Below, one piece after another: positions 38,401 through 53,400 of a stretch of DNA of 61,726 nucleotides (the stretch's first letter is position 1; every line of letters starts with the position of its first letter). The notes below the pieces were generated by a model that was not told where the DNA came from, searched no databases, and saw nothing but the letters and a program-made list of their open reading frames with translations. Made by a program: the position numbers and the translations under genes. Origin of the DNA: Candidatus Pacearchaeota archaeon (GTDB lineage: Archaea > Nanobdellota > Nanobdellia > Pacearchaeales > GW2011-AR1); the NCBI GenBank assembly GCA_017609745.1, contig JAFCDK010000002.1:1-61726 (forward strand), given 5' to 3'.

Positions 38401-41400
38401 TGAACTTCAGATTCCTTATGCAGTAATTGCAATGTCAACAGATTATGACTGCTGGAAGCAAGATGAATCTCCTGTTACATGGGAAATGATTGAAAATATT
38501 TTTAAACAAAATGCAGAAAAAGTTAAGCAATTAATAATTAAAACAATTTCAAAATTTAGTAAATCAGATTCTGATTTTATTAAAGACAAAATCAGAACAA
38601 TCCCAGACTGGCCAAAACCAGGAATAATGTTTCGCGATATTACAACTCTTCTGAAGGAAAAAGAGGCAATGGAAAAAACAATAGAAATTTTTTATGAAAG
38701 ATATAAAGATAAACAAATAGACATTATTGCAGGAATTGAAGCAAGAGGTTTTATTTTTGGTTCTCTTCTTGCTCAAAAACTGAATATTCCTTTTGTGCCT
38801 ATAAGAAAAAAAGGAAAATTACCCGCAGAAACTATTAGCCAAGAATATGAATTAGAATATGGAATTGATAGTGTGGAAATACATAAAGATGCAATTAAAC
38901 AAAATAGTAAAGTTTTAATTATAGATGATTTATTGGCAACTGGAGGAACAGCAACAGCTTCGTGCCAATTAATTGAAAAATTAGGGGGCCAAGTAGTTGA
39001 ATGCGCTTTTGTAATAGAATTAGAAAATCTTAAAGGAAGACAAAAACTTCAGGAAAAAAATTTCTCAATGTTTTCTATTGTTCAATTTGAAGGAGAATAA
39101 TTTTTAAACTATCTTTCCCTTTTTGATTCATGAACCAAAAAAGAGTGTGGGATGAAATTTCATTTTTATGGACAATTTATAGAAATAAACCTATACGAGA
39201 AGTAGTTGTTTTTCTTAGCAAGCAAAAAGGAAGAATTCTTGATTTAGGTTGTGGGAGTGGAAGGAATTTTATAAAATTAGATAAAAAATCTACAATTTAT
39301 GGTGTTGATTTTTCAGACAAACAAGTAGAACAGGCAAGACAAAAAGTTCTCAAAAACAAAATTAGGGCTAAAGTTTTTAAAGCAAAGGCAACAAAAATTC
39401 CTTTTCAAAATAATTTTTTTGATAGTGCAGTATTTATTGCAACATTGCACTGTATTCCAACAAAAAGAAAAAGACAAAAAGCTATAGCTGAACTTTTTCG
39501 AGTTCTCAAACCTGGAAAACAAGCCTTAATTTCTGTATGGGATAAAAATCATCCAAAATTCAGAAACGCAAAAAAGAAAATTAAAATGAAATGGCAAGTT
39601 GGAGATAAAGAATATAAAAGATTTTATTATTTATATGAAGAGCCAGAACTTATTGAACTTCTCAAAAAAATTGGTTTTAAGATTATAAAAACTTTCAAAA
39701 GCAAAAGAAGGGATAAATATGCTCACAGAAATATAATGATTATAGTGAGAAAGCCGAGGGCGAGGGTAAAGAAGAAAAAGTTTAAACTAAAATTTCCAAA
39801 TTTTAGGAAAAAGAAAAAATAATTAATAATATATTAACTACTAATTCTCAGGTATTTGTTCTATGTTTAATTAATAGCCATATTATTTACATCTCAAAGG
39901 TTGACTATGATTTATATTATTAGTTAATGATTTAATTTCTTAACTTTTTCACGCAACTCTAAACCCCCCAAAATCCATTTTTTCATTTTTGAGGATTTTC
40001 CCGCTCCAGTCTTCTATATCAATTTTCTGAATATCAAAAACACCAGTAAAACATGTTAAATTCCAAGTAATCTGATTGTTTAGTTTTCTAAGTATTGCTA
40101 TAATCCTATTTGGTTTTTTACCAATAATTTTTTCTGCAAGAATTGCAATTTCATCTAAACTTATTCTTACTGTTTCATGTTTTAATTCATTTGATTGCTC
40201 AACAATATTTTCAGAAATTTTGCTTTCTATTGTTGGGTCTTCATTAATTTCAAATTGCATAATTCTCATTTGATTTGGCATATAAAAATCAAGTTGATAA
40301 ATGCTCTTGCCTCCAGAAAAATCTAAAATAAAAAATCCAGCACTTAGAAACGCTCCTGGATTTTTTTCTTGAAAGTCCTTAAATTCTTGAGAAGATTGGA
40401 GTTTTTGAAAAAGTGATTGGATTGAGGTCATGATAAGATAAAGAAAAAAGGATATAAAAAATTAATTATAGTCAATAAAAAATACTTTATTCTAAGTAAT
40501 AACTTATTCCCTCCCACAAAGTTCTTTTTTCAGTTTTTTTGTGAAATCACCAATCTTAATACCATATTCTACTTTTCCTTTATGTCGTATGGATATTGTC
40601 TTATTTTTTTCTTCTTTATCACCGACCATTACTATATAAGGAATTTTTGCTAATTCAGCTTCTTTAACTTTCGCAGAAACAGTTGTATCCCTGGTATCTG
40701 TTTCTATTCTTAAACTTGGAATTGCTTTTTTCAAATCTTTAACAGATTTTTCAGTTGCTTTTTTATTTCTATCTGTAAATGAAATAATTTTAACTTGAAC
40801 AGGCGCCAACCATGTCGGTAAACGACCATTTGTATGTTCTAAAAGAATTCCAATAAACCTTTCAATACTTCCAAAAATAGCTCTATGAATCATAACAGGT
40901 CTTTTTTCTTTATTATCTTTATCCTTATAAACTAAATTAAATCTTTCTGGCATTGAAAAATCAAGTTGTATTGTTCCACACTGCCAGCTTCTTGCTAAAG
41001 AATCTTTAATATGAAAATCAATTTTAGGGCCATAAAAAACTCCTTCTCCTTTATTTATTTTAAATTTCTTCTTGCTTTTATTTAAAATTTTTTTAAGAAT
41101 TTTTTCAGATTTATCCCACCTCTTTTCACTTCCAATTCTTTTTTTAGGCCGAGTTGATAATTCAATATCATATTTAAATTTAAATTTTTTATAGATTTTA
41201 TCAACAAATTTAATTAATTTAAGCAATTCACTTTCTAATTGTTTTTCTGTGCAATAAACATGCGCATCATCTTGTGTAAATTCAATAACTCTAAACAAAC
41301 CTGCAAGCACTCCACTTAATTCCTGTCTGTGCACAACTCCAAATTCTCCAACTCTTAATGGTAGGTCTTTATATGATTTTGGTTTGAGTTTATAAATTAA

Positions 41401-44400
41401 TGCCCCACCAGGACAATTCATTGGTTTTGCTGCAAAATCCCTATTTTCATATTTTGTTAAGAATATATTATCTCTATATTTTTCCCAATGCCCCGAAATT
41501 TGCCAAAGTTTTTTATCTAAAATTTCAGGTGTTTTGACCTCTTCATAATTTTCTTTTTTTAATTCTTCTCTAATAAATTTAATAATTTCATTATAAATAA
41601 TCAAACCATTATTATGCCAAAAAACCATTCCAGGAGCAACATCATTAAAAGAAAAAAGATTCATTTCTTGCCCAATAATTCTATGGTCATTTTTCTTTAG
41701 TTTTGATCTGTCAAGAGTTGTTTTGCCTATTGATTTTAATAATTGTTTAATATCATACAGTTCTTCAACTTTTTTAACATCTCCCTCTTTTCCAACAACT
41801 ATCTCTCTACTTAATTCAGAAAGTGGGTGCCCTTTAACTTTTAATTCAAATTCTTTATAATATCCAAAAGGAGCTCGATGTGCCTCTAACTTTTGTCTCT
41901 TTAATTCCTTCAAAGCATCTGCCAATAATTTCTTTGCAACAGCTGGTTTTGCAAGATTACTTGATAAATGTGCATAAGGATAAAGAACAACATTTTTTGC
42001 TTTAACTTGTTTTGCAACATCTTTAATATTGCTGACTAAAGGTTTTATAGAATTTGAACTGTCCCCAGATTCAATGGCTGTCAATATTACAAGAGGCTCC
42101 TTAATTTCAATTCCTTTTTTATCTGTTGCGCTAATTTCTTCAGGTTCTTTGATTGCTTTTTTCAATGCCTTAAATCTAATATAATCGCAGTGTAATATCA
42201 GTATTTTCATAATTAATAAAGAAAAAATATGTTTATAAAATTAGTGATTTAATTAAGTTTTTATATACTAATCAAAATATTTACTAATCTGATTTTTTGT
42301 TCCTTTCAGTTTTTTCTGATGCTGTTTTAAAAAACAATTAATTTTTTTTATTGTATATTCTTTGAGCTGGCCAGTCGTTAGTTTTCCACTTTTGTAATCT
42401 TTTTCAATTTGTGCAAGTTTTCTGTCATTAGGTTCAAAAAACATTTTTAAATATTGAAATGAAACATCAACATCTGGATTTCCTCCTTTTTCTTTATGCT
42501 CTTTCAAAGTTTTTCTTCCTCCTGAAAAAGCATATTTTTTTATTTTTCTTTCAACAATTTTTGGAGAGTCAGTAAGTGAAATATATGAGTTTGCGTCAGA
42601 AGCAGACATTTTAGCTTTAGCTCCTCCTAAACCAGGAGAAAATAAGTGATATGTTGAACTGAGTTGTATAAATTTCGGCTGCTTAATTCGTCGAGAGATA
42701 TCGCGAGCAAGCCGAATATGGGGGTCTTGGTCAATTCCTACTGGAATAAGTGTGGGAATTGGTTTTCCTTCAAATTCAGGAAGCTGAGGGTGTAGCATAT
42801 CTGCTCCTTGTAATAAAGAAGACATAATTTTTCCAGGACTTATCTGTCCATAAACAGCTTTAAACTCATTAAAACTTGCATGTTTTGCCAGCAGATTCTG
42901 CAATCTATAAAATGCGTTTGCTTTTTTTGCATCTTTGCTTCTATTGCTCTGAAAATAAATTTCACAATTTTTAGATTCTAATCCAAGAGCAATATAATTA
43001 TTAATATATTCATCTATTGCAATCTTCCTACTTTCCTCTAAACTCTGACCTCTTATATTATAAGATTCAATATCTGCAACTGCAATATAAATTTTAGCTC
43101 CAAGTTTTTGATAAAAAATTATTTGTTGAACAAGAAGCATGTGCCCAATATGGAATTTTCCAGTTGGCATTAATCCCGTCATTATTGCAAAAGGTTTTTT
43201 ATCACGCGCTGCTTCTAAAATTCTTTGAAAATCTCTGTGTGCAAAAACAATCTTCCGTCTAAATAAAACATTATTTCTAAATACTCTTGGCAGTTGCTTA
43301 ATAGGAGAGACTCCAAATCTTTTCACAAGTTTTGAATAATCTACTTCCCCTTTAACTTCCCATGGACTAAATTTAATTCTGTCTGCACCTTTTTTTACCA
43401 TGTCATAAATAAAGCAAAGTTGTTTATAAAGATTGCTCTCAATAAACTTTAAATATCCTAATCTCCTTAGAAAAACATGAAAAAAGAAGTGGAATTACTA
43501 ACTATTGTAATCTTATCATTCATATTATTTATAACTTTTGTATCAGCTGAAATTTCTTTTAATGAACAGCCAGAAGAAACTTATAATCTCGGAGACGACC
43601 TTTATTTTTCTTTTTTAATAGCAGGTAAAGGAGTAATGGATATAGATTTAATATGTGGAGAAAATACAGAAAAAATTTATTTAAATTATGTAGATTCAGA
43701 ATATGGAAAAGATGTTCCGATTATGTGGCCTTTAGACGCCCCTGATTTAATGGGCACATGCAAGGTTTCTGCATTATTTAATGAACAAGTTGTAGAAAGT
43801 TCTGAATTTTTCATAAGCAACCAATCTTTTATTGAACTCAGTCTTAAAGATATGAATTTTGATCCAGGAAAATTAATTGAATTTGAAGGAACAGCTGTAA
43901 AAGAAAACGAAAAACCATTAGAAGGTTTTGCAGAAATATATATAGAAGAGCCCAAAATTAGTGTAATACAAGAAGTAGCAAACGGCTCTTTTTCAGGAAC
44001 TCTTAAACTGCCAGATAATATTGCTTCAGGAATGAATAAATTAAATGTAAGGGCCTATGAAAAAAATTCTCAAGATCAAATCATAAACAAAGGTTTTTAT
44101 GAAGTTTTTATTAATATCAATCAAATTCCTAATTTTATAGAAATAAGAACAAATGACCTTAACCTTAAACCAGGAGAAAACCTATTATTTACTCCAATAG
44201 TTTATGACCAAGGTGGGCAAGAAGTGTATAATCAGACTCTTAATATTATAATAAGAGATTCTCAAGGAGCAAGAATAAAAGAATTTATTTCAGATACAGG
44301 TCAAGAAAATATATTTCCTTTAACAACAAGAGCTATTTCTGGATATTGGCAAATTGAAGTTTCTTTAAATAAACTCAGTGAAAAAAAAGAATTTTATGTA

Positions 44401-47400
44401 AAACTAAATCAACAAGCAAAATTTGAAATGATGAATAATACCTTAATTGTCACAAATATCGGAAATATACCTTATACAAAAACTATAGAAGTCGGAATCG
44501 GTGATGAAACAAGATTAGAAAAATTAGACTTAGAATTAAATGAAACAATTAAATTTAAACTATCTGCCCCAAAAGGAAACTATGACATTAAAGTTAATGA
44601 TGGCAGCGACGATGAATTCTCAAATAAAGGGGTTGCTCTTACAGGTCGCACTATTGGAGTGTCAAAAATAACCGGAATGGCAATTTCAAAAACATCTGTT
44701 AAGAGTATTATTTGGGTATTTATTATAGTTGTCTTGGGTTTTTTTATTTTAATATTATTTAAGAAAAAGAAAAAAGGGAAGTTTACTTTATCTTTAGGAA
44801 AAATAAAAGAAAAATTAAAAAATAAAAAATTAAGAAAAAGTAAATTAAAATCAGACAAAAAAATTGAAGGAAAAGAAACAGATGCTGAAGAGAATGCAAC
44901 TGCTCCTAAAATTATTTCTAAAGGAGCAAATGCTATTCATTCTCTTGTTTTAAAAGGCCACAAACAAAATTCTGCTGTTGTTGTTTTGAAATTAAAAAAT
45001 CGGGAGGAATTATTAAAATCTAAAAGTAATGCCTGGCAGACAATTAAAAAAGCAATTGATGAGATTAAAGATAACAAAGGAAAAATATATTTCACAGAAG
45101 GTTATATCATCGGAATCTTTTCTCCTATAATAACAAGAACTTTCAAAAATGATAAAATAGCTGTAGATGTTGCTTCTGAAATAGGAAAAAATCTTACGCA
45201 ACATAATAAAAAATTTGTTCAGAAAATTAATTTTGGATTAAGTGTAAATACCGGAGAATTAATAGTACAAAAAAAAGATGATAATCTTCTTTTTACTCCA
45301 ATAGGAAATACAATTACTCTTGGAAAAAAAATAGCAAAAATAGCAAATAAAGAATTGTTTTTGAGTAAGCCAACACATCAAAAACTTCTTTCAGATGTAA
45401 AAACAACAAAATTAACAAAACAAGGAACAGAAGTTTATTCAATAAACAGAATGACAGACAGAACAAAGCAGGCAAAGTTCATTCAAGAATTTATGAAAAG
45501 GCAGGAAGCTGAGAAGAAAAGGAAGAAGAAGTGAACTTAAGTATAGAAAGTATACTTTCCATATTCTTTACTCCAACTTCTTCAAAACCCAGCAGGTTTT
45601 ACATTTTCCAGTAGAAGTTGGTTCGCTGCAAATTTCACAATAATTTATTTTTCTGTCTTTAAATTTTAATTTAAGAAGAGGCATTATTTTTAAATAACTA
45701 TTTACAATAGCCCTTTTAACTTCTGGATGCTGTTTTTCAAGCCCACTTAAAAATTTTCTAATTTTTATTCTCAATGTATCACTTCTTATAGGACAAATTT
45801 TTGAATCATATTTTATATTCATTAATCTAGCAAATAAAACTATTTCTTTAGTAGTGCATAAATATAATGGCTTTATTCGTGCTGCAAATTTTCTGTTGTG
45901 CAGCACTCCAGCAATTGGTCCAAGTTTAGCAAGTAGTTTTATGTCTCCTTTGACTAAATTTAAAATTATGGTTTCAGCTTCATCATCTAAAGAATGTCCT
46001 GTTGCAAGTTTTGTTATTCCTTTACTGCGCGCAATTTTATTCAACAGCGCACGCTTTAAAATAGAACAAACAAAACAATTACTAATTTTAATTTTCTTAA
46101 TTTGACTAAGTTTTTTATTTAATGTCAATTTATATTCTTTTTCAAAACTTGTTTCTATAAATTCAATATTATTATCTTTACAGAATTTTTCAATATACTT
46201 CTTTCCTTTATCTCTATAATTTTTTCCAGAACATTTTATTCCTTCATCAATAAAAAGAGCAATTAATTCACTTCTGTTTTTCTTGCAAAAATCATTAAGA
46301 ACAAATAAGGTTGCCATTGAATCTTTTCCTCCAGAAACCGCCACCCCCACTTTATCTCCTTTCTCTATTAAGCAAAACTTGCGAATAGTATAATTAATTT
46401 TTCTGCGGAAATATTTTGCAAAGCAAGTTTTGCAAAGCTTGCGTTTATTAGTAAATTCCCATACTGGATTTATTTCACATTGCCTGCACATTTTCTTTTA
46501 TAGAAAATGTGGTTTTTAAAATAAACTACTAATCTAAAATCAAGACCCAATTAAAATTATACTACATACTCAAATATGGGGTTTTAATTTCTAACATAAG
46601 ACCACATAAACTAGCTTATTGATTATTATTTATCAACACTAAACTTCTCAAACTTCCTTCTACTATCCACTACACTTCCTTTTGAGTATACTCTGATTAA
46701 TTCATTAATTTTCTTTTCTAATTTCTTATCAGTTCCCCCTATTATTATAGCACTTGGACCAGGAATTTTTGGAACTATCAATTTATTTTTCCCTTTTAAT
46801 TTTTCAAGTATATTATTTTCTTTTTCATTTCTTCCTAAAATTATCCATTTATTATCTATCCAAAAATGTCTGCCTAGTTTTAGAAGATTTACTTTATTTT
46901 TATCTAATCTAATTTTTTTCTTGAATATAAATTTTAATCTTTTGCTGAAAATTCTTTCGCAGAGAAGACAGCCCCCTGCAGGAGAGGGGTAGTTTATTTT
47001 AAATTTTTTTGCAAGTTTAATTTGTGGTTTTCTGCTTCTTCCTGTAATATCTAACCAGTCTGTTAAAGGACGAATAATTTTTCCTTTAAGTTTAGATTCT
47101 TTTTCAATAATTTCAATAGCTTTGCGATGTTGTGACATTGGTCTTTCACCAAGAACTTCACCAGTTGCAATTAAATTAAATTTGTGTTTTTTCATAAACT
47201 GCTTTGCTTTTTTTAATATATAGATTCTGCAATCAATACAAGGATTTATTCCAGCACCATAACCATGTTTTGGTTTCTTAATAATATCTAAATATTCTCG
47301 CAATAATTTTCCTTTACTAATATCAATAATATGTTGCTTTACTTTTTGTTTTTTTAGAAATTCTATATCTTGTTTTTCATTACTATTATTTACAAAAGCC

Positions 47401-50400
47401 AATCTAAAATAAATTGCCTCTATTTTATACTTCTTCTCCTGCAAAAGTTTCACTACAAGTCTTGAATCTAATCCGCCTGAAAACATAATCAGAATTTTTG
47501 GTTTCTTTATCATTATTTATTAAGAAAAAGTTATATTTTAAAATTAACTAATCACTCAATACAAACTAATTTTCTGTTGACTTATAGAAACAAGATTTAT
47601 AAATAATATAATATAAGTATAATTATGAAAATAAATATTTGAAAAATCAAAGTATCTATTAATTAAACCCACTTTAAAAATAAAATGATAGATTTTGCAT
47701 GCAAAACATTTGATTTAAGAGAAGTAATTAGATGTAGTCTGAATTTAACAAAAACAGAATTTAGAATATTTGAATATTTAATGGAAAATTCTAATAAAGA
47801 ATTTACAACACAACACTTGGCCAAAATATTTAAAATTGGATTGTCAACTTCTCAAAAAGCTATAAATAATATTAATAAAATAGGATTAATAAAAAAGAGT
47901 CAAAAAAATCTTAGAAAAGGAGGATACATTTTTATATATTCTATCAAAGAAAAATTAATTTTAAAACAAAAGATTTTAGAGATAATACATAATTGGATAA
48001 AAAAAGTTGAAAATGAAATAGAAAGATGGTAAGAGTATTTCATTTTTATAGAAGTATTATTAGATACTCCAATTCATTTAAATACCCTTTTAATTATAAA
48101 AATCCAACTAAATTTAATAGAAGATAAAAATGTCAAAAACAATCGAGATAACAAATAGCAATTTTGAAGAAGAAGTTATTAATTCAAAAATTCCTATTTT
48201 AGTAGATTTTTGGGCGCCCTGGTGTCAACCTTGTTTAATGATGGCTCCAGCATTACAGGAATTATCAGAAGAATTAGAAGGTAAATTAAAAATAGGAAAA
48301 TTGGACACTGAAATTCCTGAAAATCAAATTCTCGCAATGACTTATCAAATCCAAAGCATACCAAATATGAAACTTTTTAAAGATGGAAAAGTTATTAAGG
48401 AATTTATTGGTTTGCGTCCAAAAGAGACGCTAAAATCTGAGTTAGCACAAGTAATTGATTTATCTTAAAATAAAACCAAAACAAAAATGAAAAAATATGA
48501 TTTAATAATAATTGGAAGTGGTCCTGCTGGTTTAACCGCAGGAATTTATGCAGCAAGATATAATCTAAACTTTTTAATTATTGGAAATTTTTTAGGAGGA
48601 ACAGTTTCTGAAGCACATAAAATTTGTAATTTTCCAACTCAAAATAATATAACAGGCGCTAAATTAACCCAACAATTAATAAATCATGTAAAAGAATTAA
48701 ATGGAGAAATTAAACAAGAAGAAGTAAAAAAGATAACAGGTTCAGATAATAATTTTATAATTAAAACAAATAAACAAACATATCTAACAAAAAAAATAAT
48801 TTTAGCAACAGGAAGAAAAAAGCAGAAATTAAATATTAAAGGAGAAAACGAATTTTTAGGAAAAGGGGCAAGTTATTGTGCAACATGTGATGCTGCTTTT
48901 TTTAAAAATAAGATCGTTGCAATAATTGGGGGGGGCAATGCTGCAGTAACTTCTGCATTATTATTAGCAGAATATGCAAAAAAAGTTTACATCATTTATA
49001 GGAAAAACAAATTTTTTAGAGCAGAACCTATGTGGGTAAATCAATTAGAAAAAAATAAAAAAATAAAGAGTTTATTTAATTTAGAAATCAAAGAAATCTA
49101 TGGAGACAATTCTGTAAAAGGAGTTAAGTTGAGTAATGAAGATTCATTAGAATTAGATGGAGTTTTCATAGAAATTGGTTTTATCCCAAATAGAATATTT
49201 TCAAAACAACTTGGATTAAAGACAGAAAAAGGATACATAATCACAGATAAAGAACAAAAAACAAATATTAAAGGGATTTATGCTGCAGGTGATATAACAA
49301 ATAATTCTTTAAAACAAGTTATAACTGCTTGTGGAGAAGGCGCTATTGCAGCTACTTTTGTATATAATAAATTAAAATTACAAAGAAATTAAAATGACAG
49401 ACAAACCAACAAATTTAAAGAAATTAATTCAAATGAACTACGCATATATAGCTAAGCTTCCAGAAAAAAATAATTTCTCAATAGAGAGACTAGATAACTT
49501 AGATGCTTATGTAGTTCCTTTAATTGCTCATGATTATGGAGCTAAAACTCCTGTTATGTGGAATACACTATATGAGAAACTTGGATTAAATATAAGGAAT
49601 ATAATGGTGGTTGCTAACCCAAAGAATGAAGAAATTGTAATAAATGCTTTAAAATCAGACCCAAAATATTTAGGGGGAGGTTTTGGAGTTGGCTGGAAAG
49701 AAAGACTGGATTTACTTGATGAGGTAAAGCCAGCAGATTTAGATTCTGTTAATATTGTTGTTAAAGATAATGAGAAGTTAATAGGATATAATACTGATGC
49801 TATTGGATTTGTCAGAAGTTTAGAAGAAAAATTTGATTCTATTGGAAAAAAATTAAAAGGGAGTAATGCAATTATATTTGGTGCAGGCGGAGTAGCAAAA
49901 GAGGTTGCAAGATTAATAGCAAGTAAGAAATCTAATAGAATAACTATTTTAAATAGGACATTTTCCAAGGCAGTCTCTATAGCAGAAAAGCTTAATAAAG
50001 AATATGGGCAAATAGCAGTTGCTGGAGGAGAAGATATAATAAGAGGATATTTATTAAATTCTTTTACAGTACCTGATGTTGCAATTAATTTAACAGATAA
50101 AGGTTCTGATGGTCCATTAGAAAAATATTCTGCATTTGCAGCTGCGGATATCAAGTGTGATAAAAATGCTGGGGTTAATAATAATCAGGCACGAACAATT
50201 GCAAGAGAATTGAGAAGATTAAATCCTGAAATTGTAATCGCAGACATTGTTCTTCCTAAAAATCCTCCTTCAAAAACTTTAGTAATAGCTGAAAATGAAG
50301 GACTTAAAAATTTAGTTGATGGATTAGGAATGGTTGTTTACCAGGCAGTTCCTGCTTATCTTAAAATTCAGGAAGCTAATCCAGCTAAACACAAGAAAAA

Positions 50401-53400
50401 AGTTTCTGAAAAACAAGCTTTAAAGATTTTCAAAAAAGCTGCTAGCATTTAGAATGAAAAAAATAAAAATTTAAATATGAGATAAGCTGTTTATATTATA
50501 GATATAAAAAGAATATTAGATACGAAATAAATATTTAAAAAAAAGAGATGGAAAACAAAGTAGAAAAAATTCTTAATCCAAAAACAATTGCGGTTATAGG
50601 TGCATCTAATCATAAAGAAAAAGTTGGACACATAATATTTAAAAATCTGGTTGCAAATAAAAAATTAAAAATTTTTCCTGTAAATCCAAAAACCAAAAAA
50701 ATTCTTGGAAAAATTTGTTATAAAAATATCAAAGATATAAAACAAAATATTGACTTATCAATAATTGTTGTTAAAGCGAAAATTGTTCCTATGATTCTAC
50801 AAGATATTGTAGAAGCACACTTAAAAAATGTAATTATAATTTCATCTGGTTTCAGTGAAGTCGGAAATAAAAAACTTCAAGAAAAAATAATAAACATTAC
50901 AAAAAAAAATAAAATTAATCTTTTAGGTCCTAATGTTTTAGGAATTATTAATCCAATAAAACAAATTAACGCCAGTTTTTTTAAATATATGCCAAAAAAA
51001 GGACACATAGCCTTAATAAGTCAGTCAGGAGCATTAGGCGTTGGAATTTTAGATATGGGTCTGCCATTGTCTGGTTTTATTTCTTTAGGAAATATGGATG
51101 ATTTAGATTTTAGTGATTTCATTAAATATTATTGCAAGGATAAAAATACAAAAACTATAATTCTTTACATAGAATCTTTTAAACCAGAAACAGGAAAAAA
51201 GTTCATAGAGGTATGTAAAAAATGTAAAAAAATTATTATAGCACTTAAAGCAGGAAGAACAGAACAAGGGGGGAAAGCAGCTGCTCTTCATACAGCTTCT
51301 CTTGCTTCAGATGCAAGAATTTATTCAGGAGTTTTCAAACAATTAGGAATAAAAGAAGTTCATAGTATTAATGAAATGATAAACACCGCATTAGGAAAAA
51401 AACAACAACGAAAACCAATAAATATTTTAGAAAAAAGAAAAATAGGCAATCGAGCATGTATTATAACAAATGCGGGAGGTTTAGGTGTATTAGCTACAGA
51501 TTATTGTAAAGAAAATAATATCAAAGTTCCAGAACTTCCAGAAAATATAAAACAAAAACTAAATAAAGTTCTTCCAGAAGCTTGGAGTCATAATAATCCT
51601 ATAGATATAATGGGAGATGCTTTGCCAGAAAGATATAATAAAACTATTTCTCTTCTTGAAAAAGAAAAGTTTTTTGATTTCTTTTTAATACTTTTAACAC
51701 CTCAAGAAATGACTCAGCCACTATCGACAGCAAAGATTTTAGTTTCAAGGAAAAAACCAATTTTCACAGGTTTTGTTGGAGGAAGAAGTGTAGAAGCAGC
51801 AAATAAATTTCTAAAAGAAAAAGGAATAATAAATTCTGTAGAAATTAGGGATTTGATTGAGGGGGTTGGGGAGATTAATGTTAATAATATTTTCTTTACA
51901 TGCAAAAAAGAGGCTAAAAGAAAGAACTATTAAAGAAAAAGAAGTACATGAAATTATAGAGATTCCAGAATACACTATAAGAAGAGGCAAAATAATAGAA
52001 GCTTTTAAAAAGATAAATAATAGATTAATTAAAGTAGTTTATATTAAAAAAGAAAATTATATAAAGGTTATAACAGTTTATCCAATAGGTTAAAATGAAA
52101 ATAGATTTTGATAAAGATGCTGATGCAGTATATATTTATGTTAAAGATAGAATTGAAGAAGGAGAGGTAGATAAAACTGTAAGTGTTAATGGAGATATTG
52201 TTTTAGATTTTGATAAAGAAGATAAACTTTTGGGCATAGAAGTTCTTAATGCAAGTAAAAATGTTTCTAAAGAATTTATTAAAGAAACTGTAGCTTAAAC
52301 AACCATAAGAATTATTTCTTTTTCCTAATAGCCCAGATAATAAAGAATATAATAAGAATGAGGATTACTATTTCTACAAACCAATAAAGAGGATTACATA
52401 TTAACTTACTAACAAATCTCTTTGAAAATGGCTGACAAGTTGGGTGTCCAATTGAAGGTCCATAAGGTTTTAAACCTTTACAACATTCTTCAAATTGCGA
52501 AAATACAAATTCTCCTTCTTTTCTACATGGAATTTCTTTTACATACTCCAGACCACAGTTCCCTTTATAAAATTCATCCATATCACACTTATCCTCATCA
52601 TTAAAAACACAAAAATAATAAGCAGAACCATTTTCATAAAAACCCCAATCAACTGTATAACCTTGATCTTTACAGAATGCTGGAGCAGGGGGCGCTATAG
52701 CCCCTACTATTGGAACTATTATTAATAATAGAATTAAGATTATTAATCCCCTCTTCATATTTTTAAAAAGAGAGAAATAGTATATAAAATTATTGTTTTA
52801 TAATAATATCCTCGCATCCACAATAATCGCTTCTTTGTTGTTGACTATCACAGGATTTAAATCTATTTCTTGAACTTGTAGTTTTGAAACTTTTTCTGCA
52901 AGAGAAATTAATTTGTCTGATTTTAATTTCAGAACTTGATGTTGGCGCTGTTCTAAACACTACATTTTTAGTTTCTTCAACTTGGCTGCCGCCAAAACCC
53001 AACATTAACATCTTGCCAAAAACTTCATCTGTTTTTATTCCAATAATAAATTCCTCGCCCTTTACCTCTTCTTGAATGATGAAGTTTTTGTCCGGAAACT
53101 TAGTTTTCATTTTCTCAAATTCTTGTTCAATCTGTTTTTTATCCTTGCATCTAACAATACCTCCAAGAATTAATTTATGCCCCCCTATAGAAATTTTTAG
53201 ATAAACTGGAAAATCTAGTTTGATATTCTCTAAATCTTTTTCATTCTTTATAATTTTATAATTAGCAATAGGAAAATCTTTTAAAAATTCAAATGATTTT
53301 TCTAAATTTAGAATCTTGTCCTCTTTCATATATACTTAACATACTTAAACATTTATAAACCTTAATATACACTTTAATATAGAAATATGGTGAGGGTAAA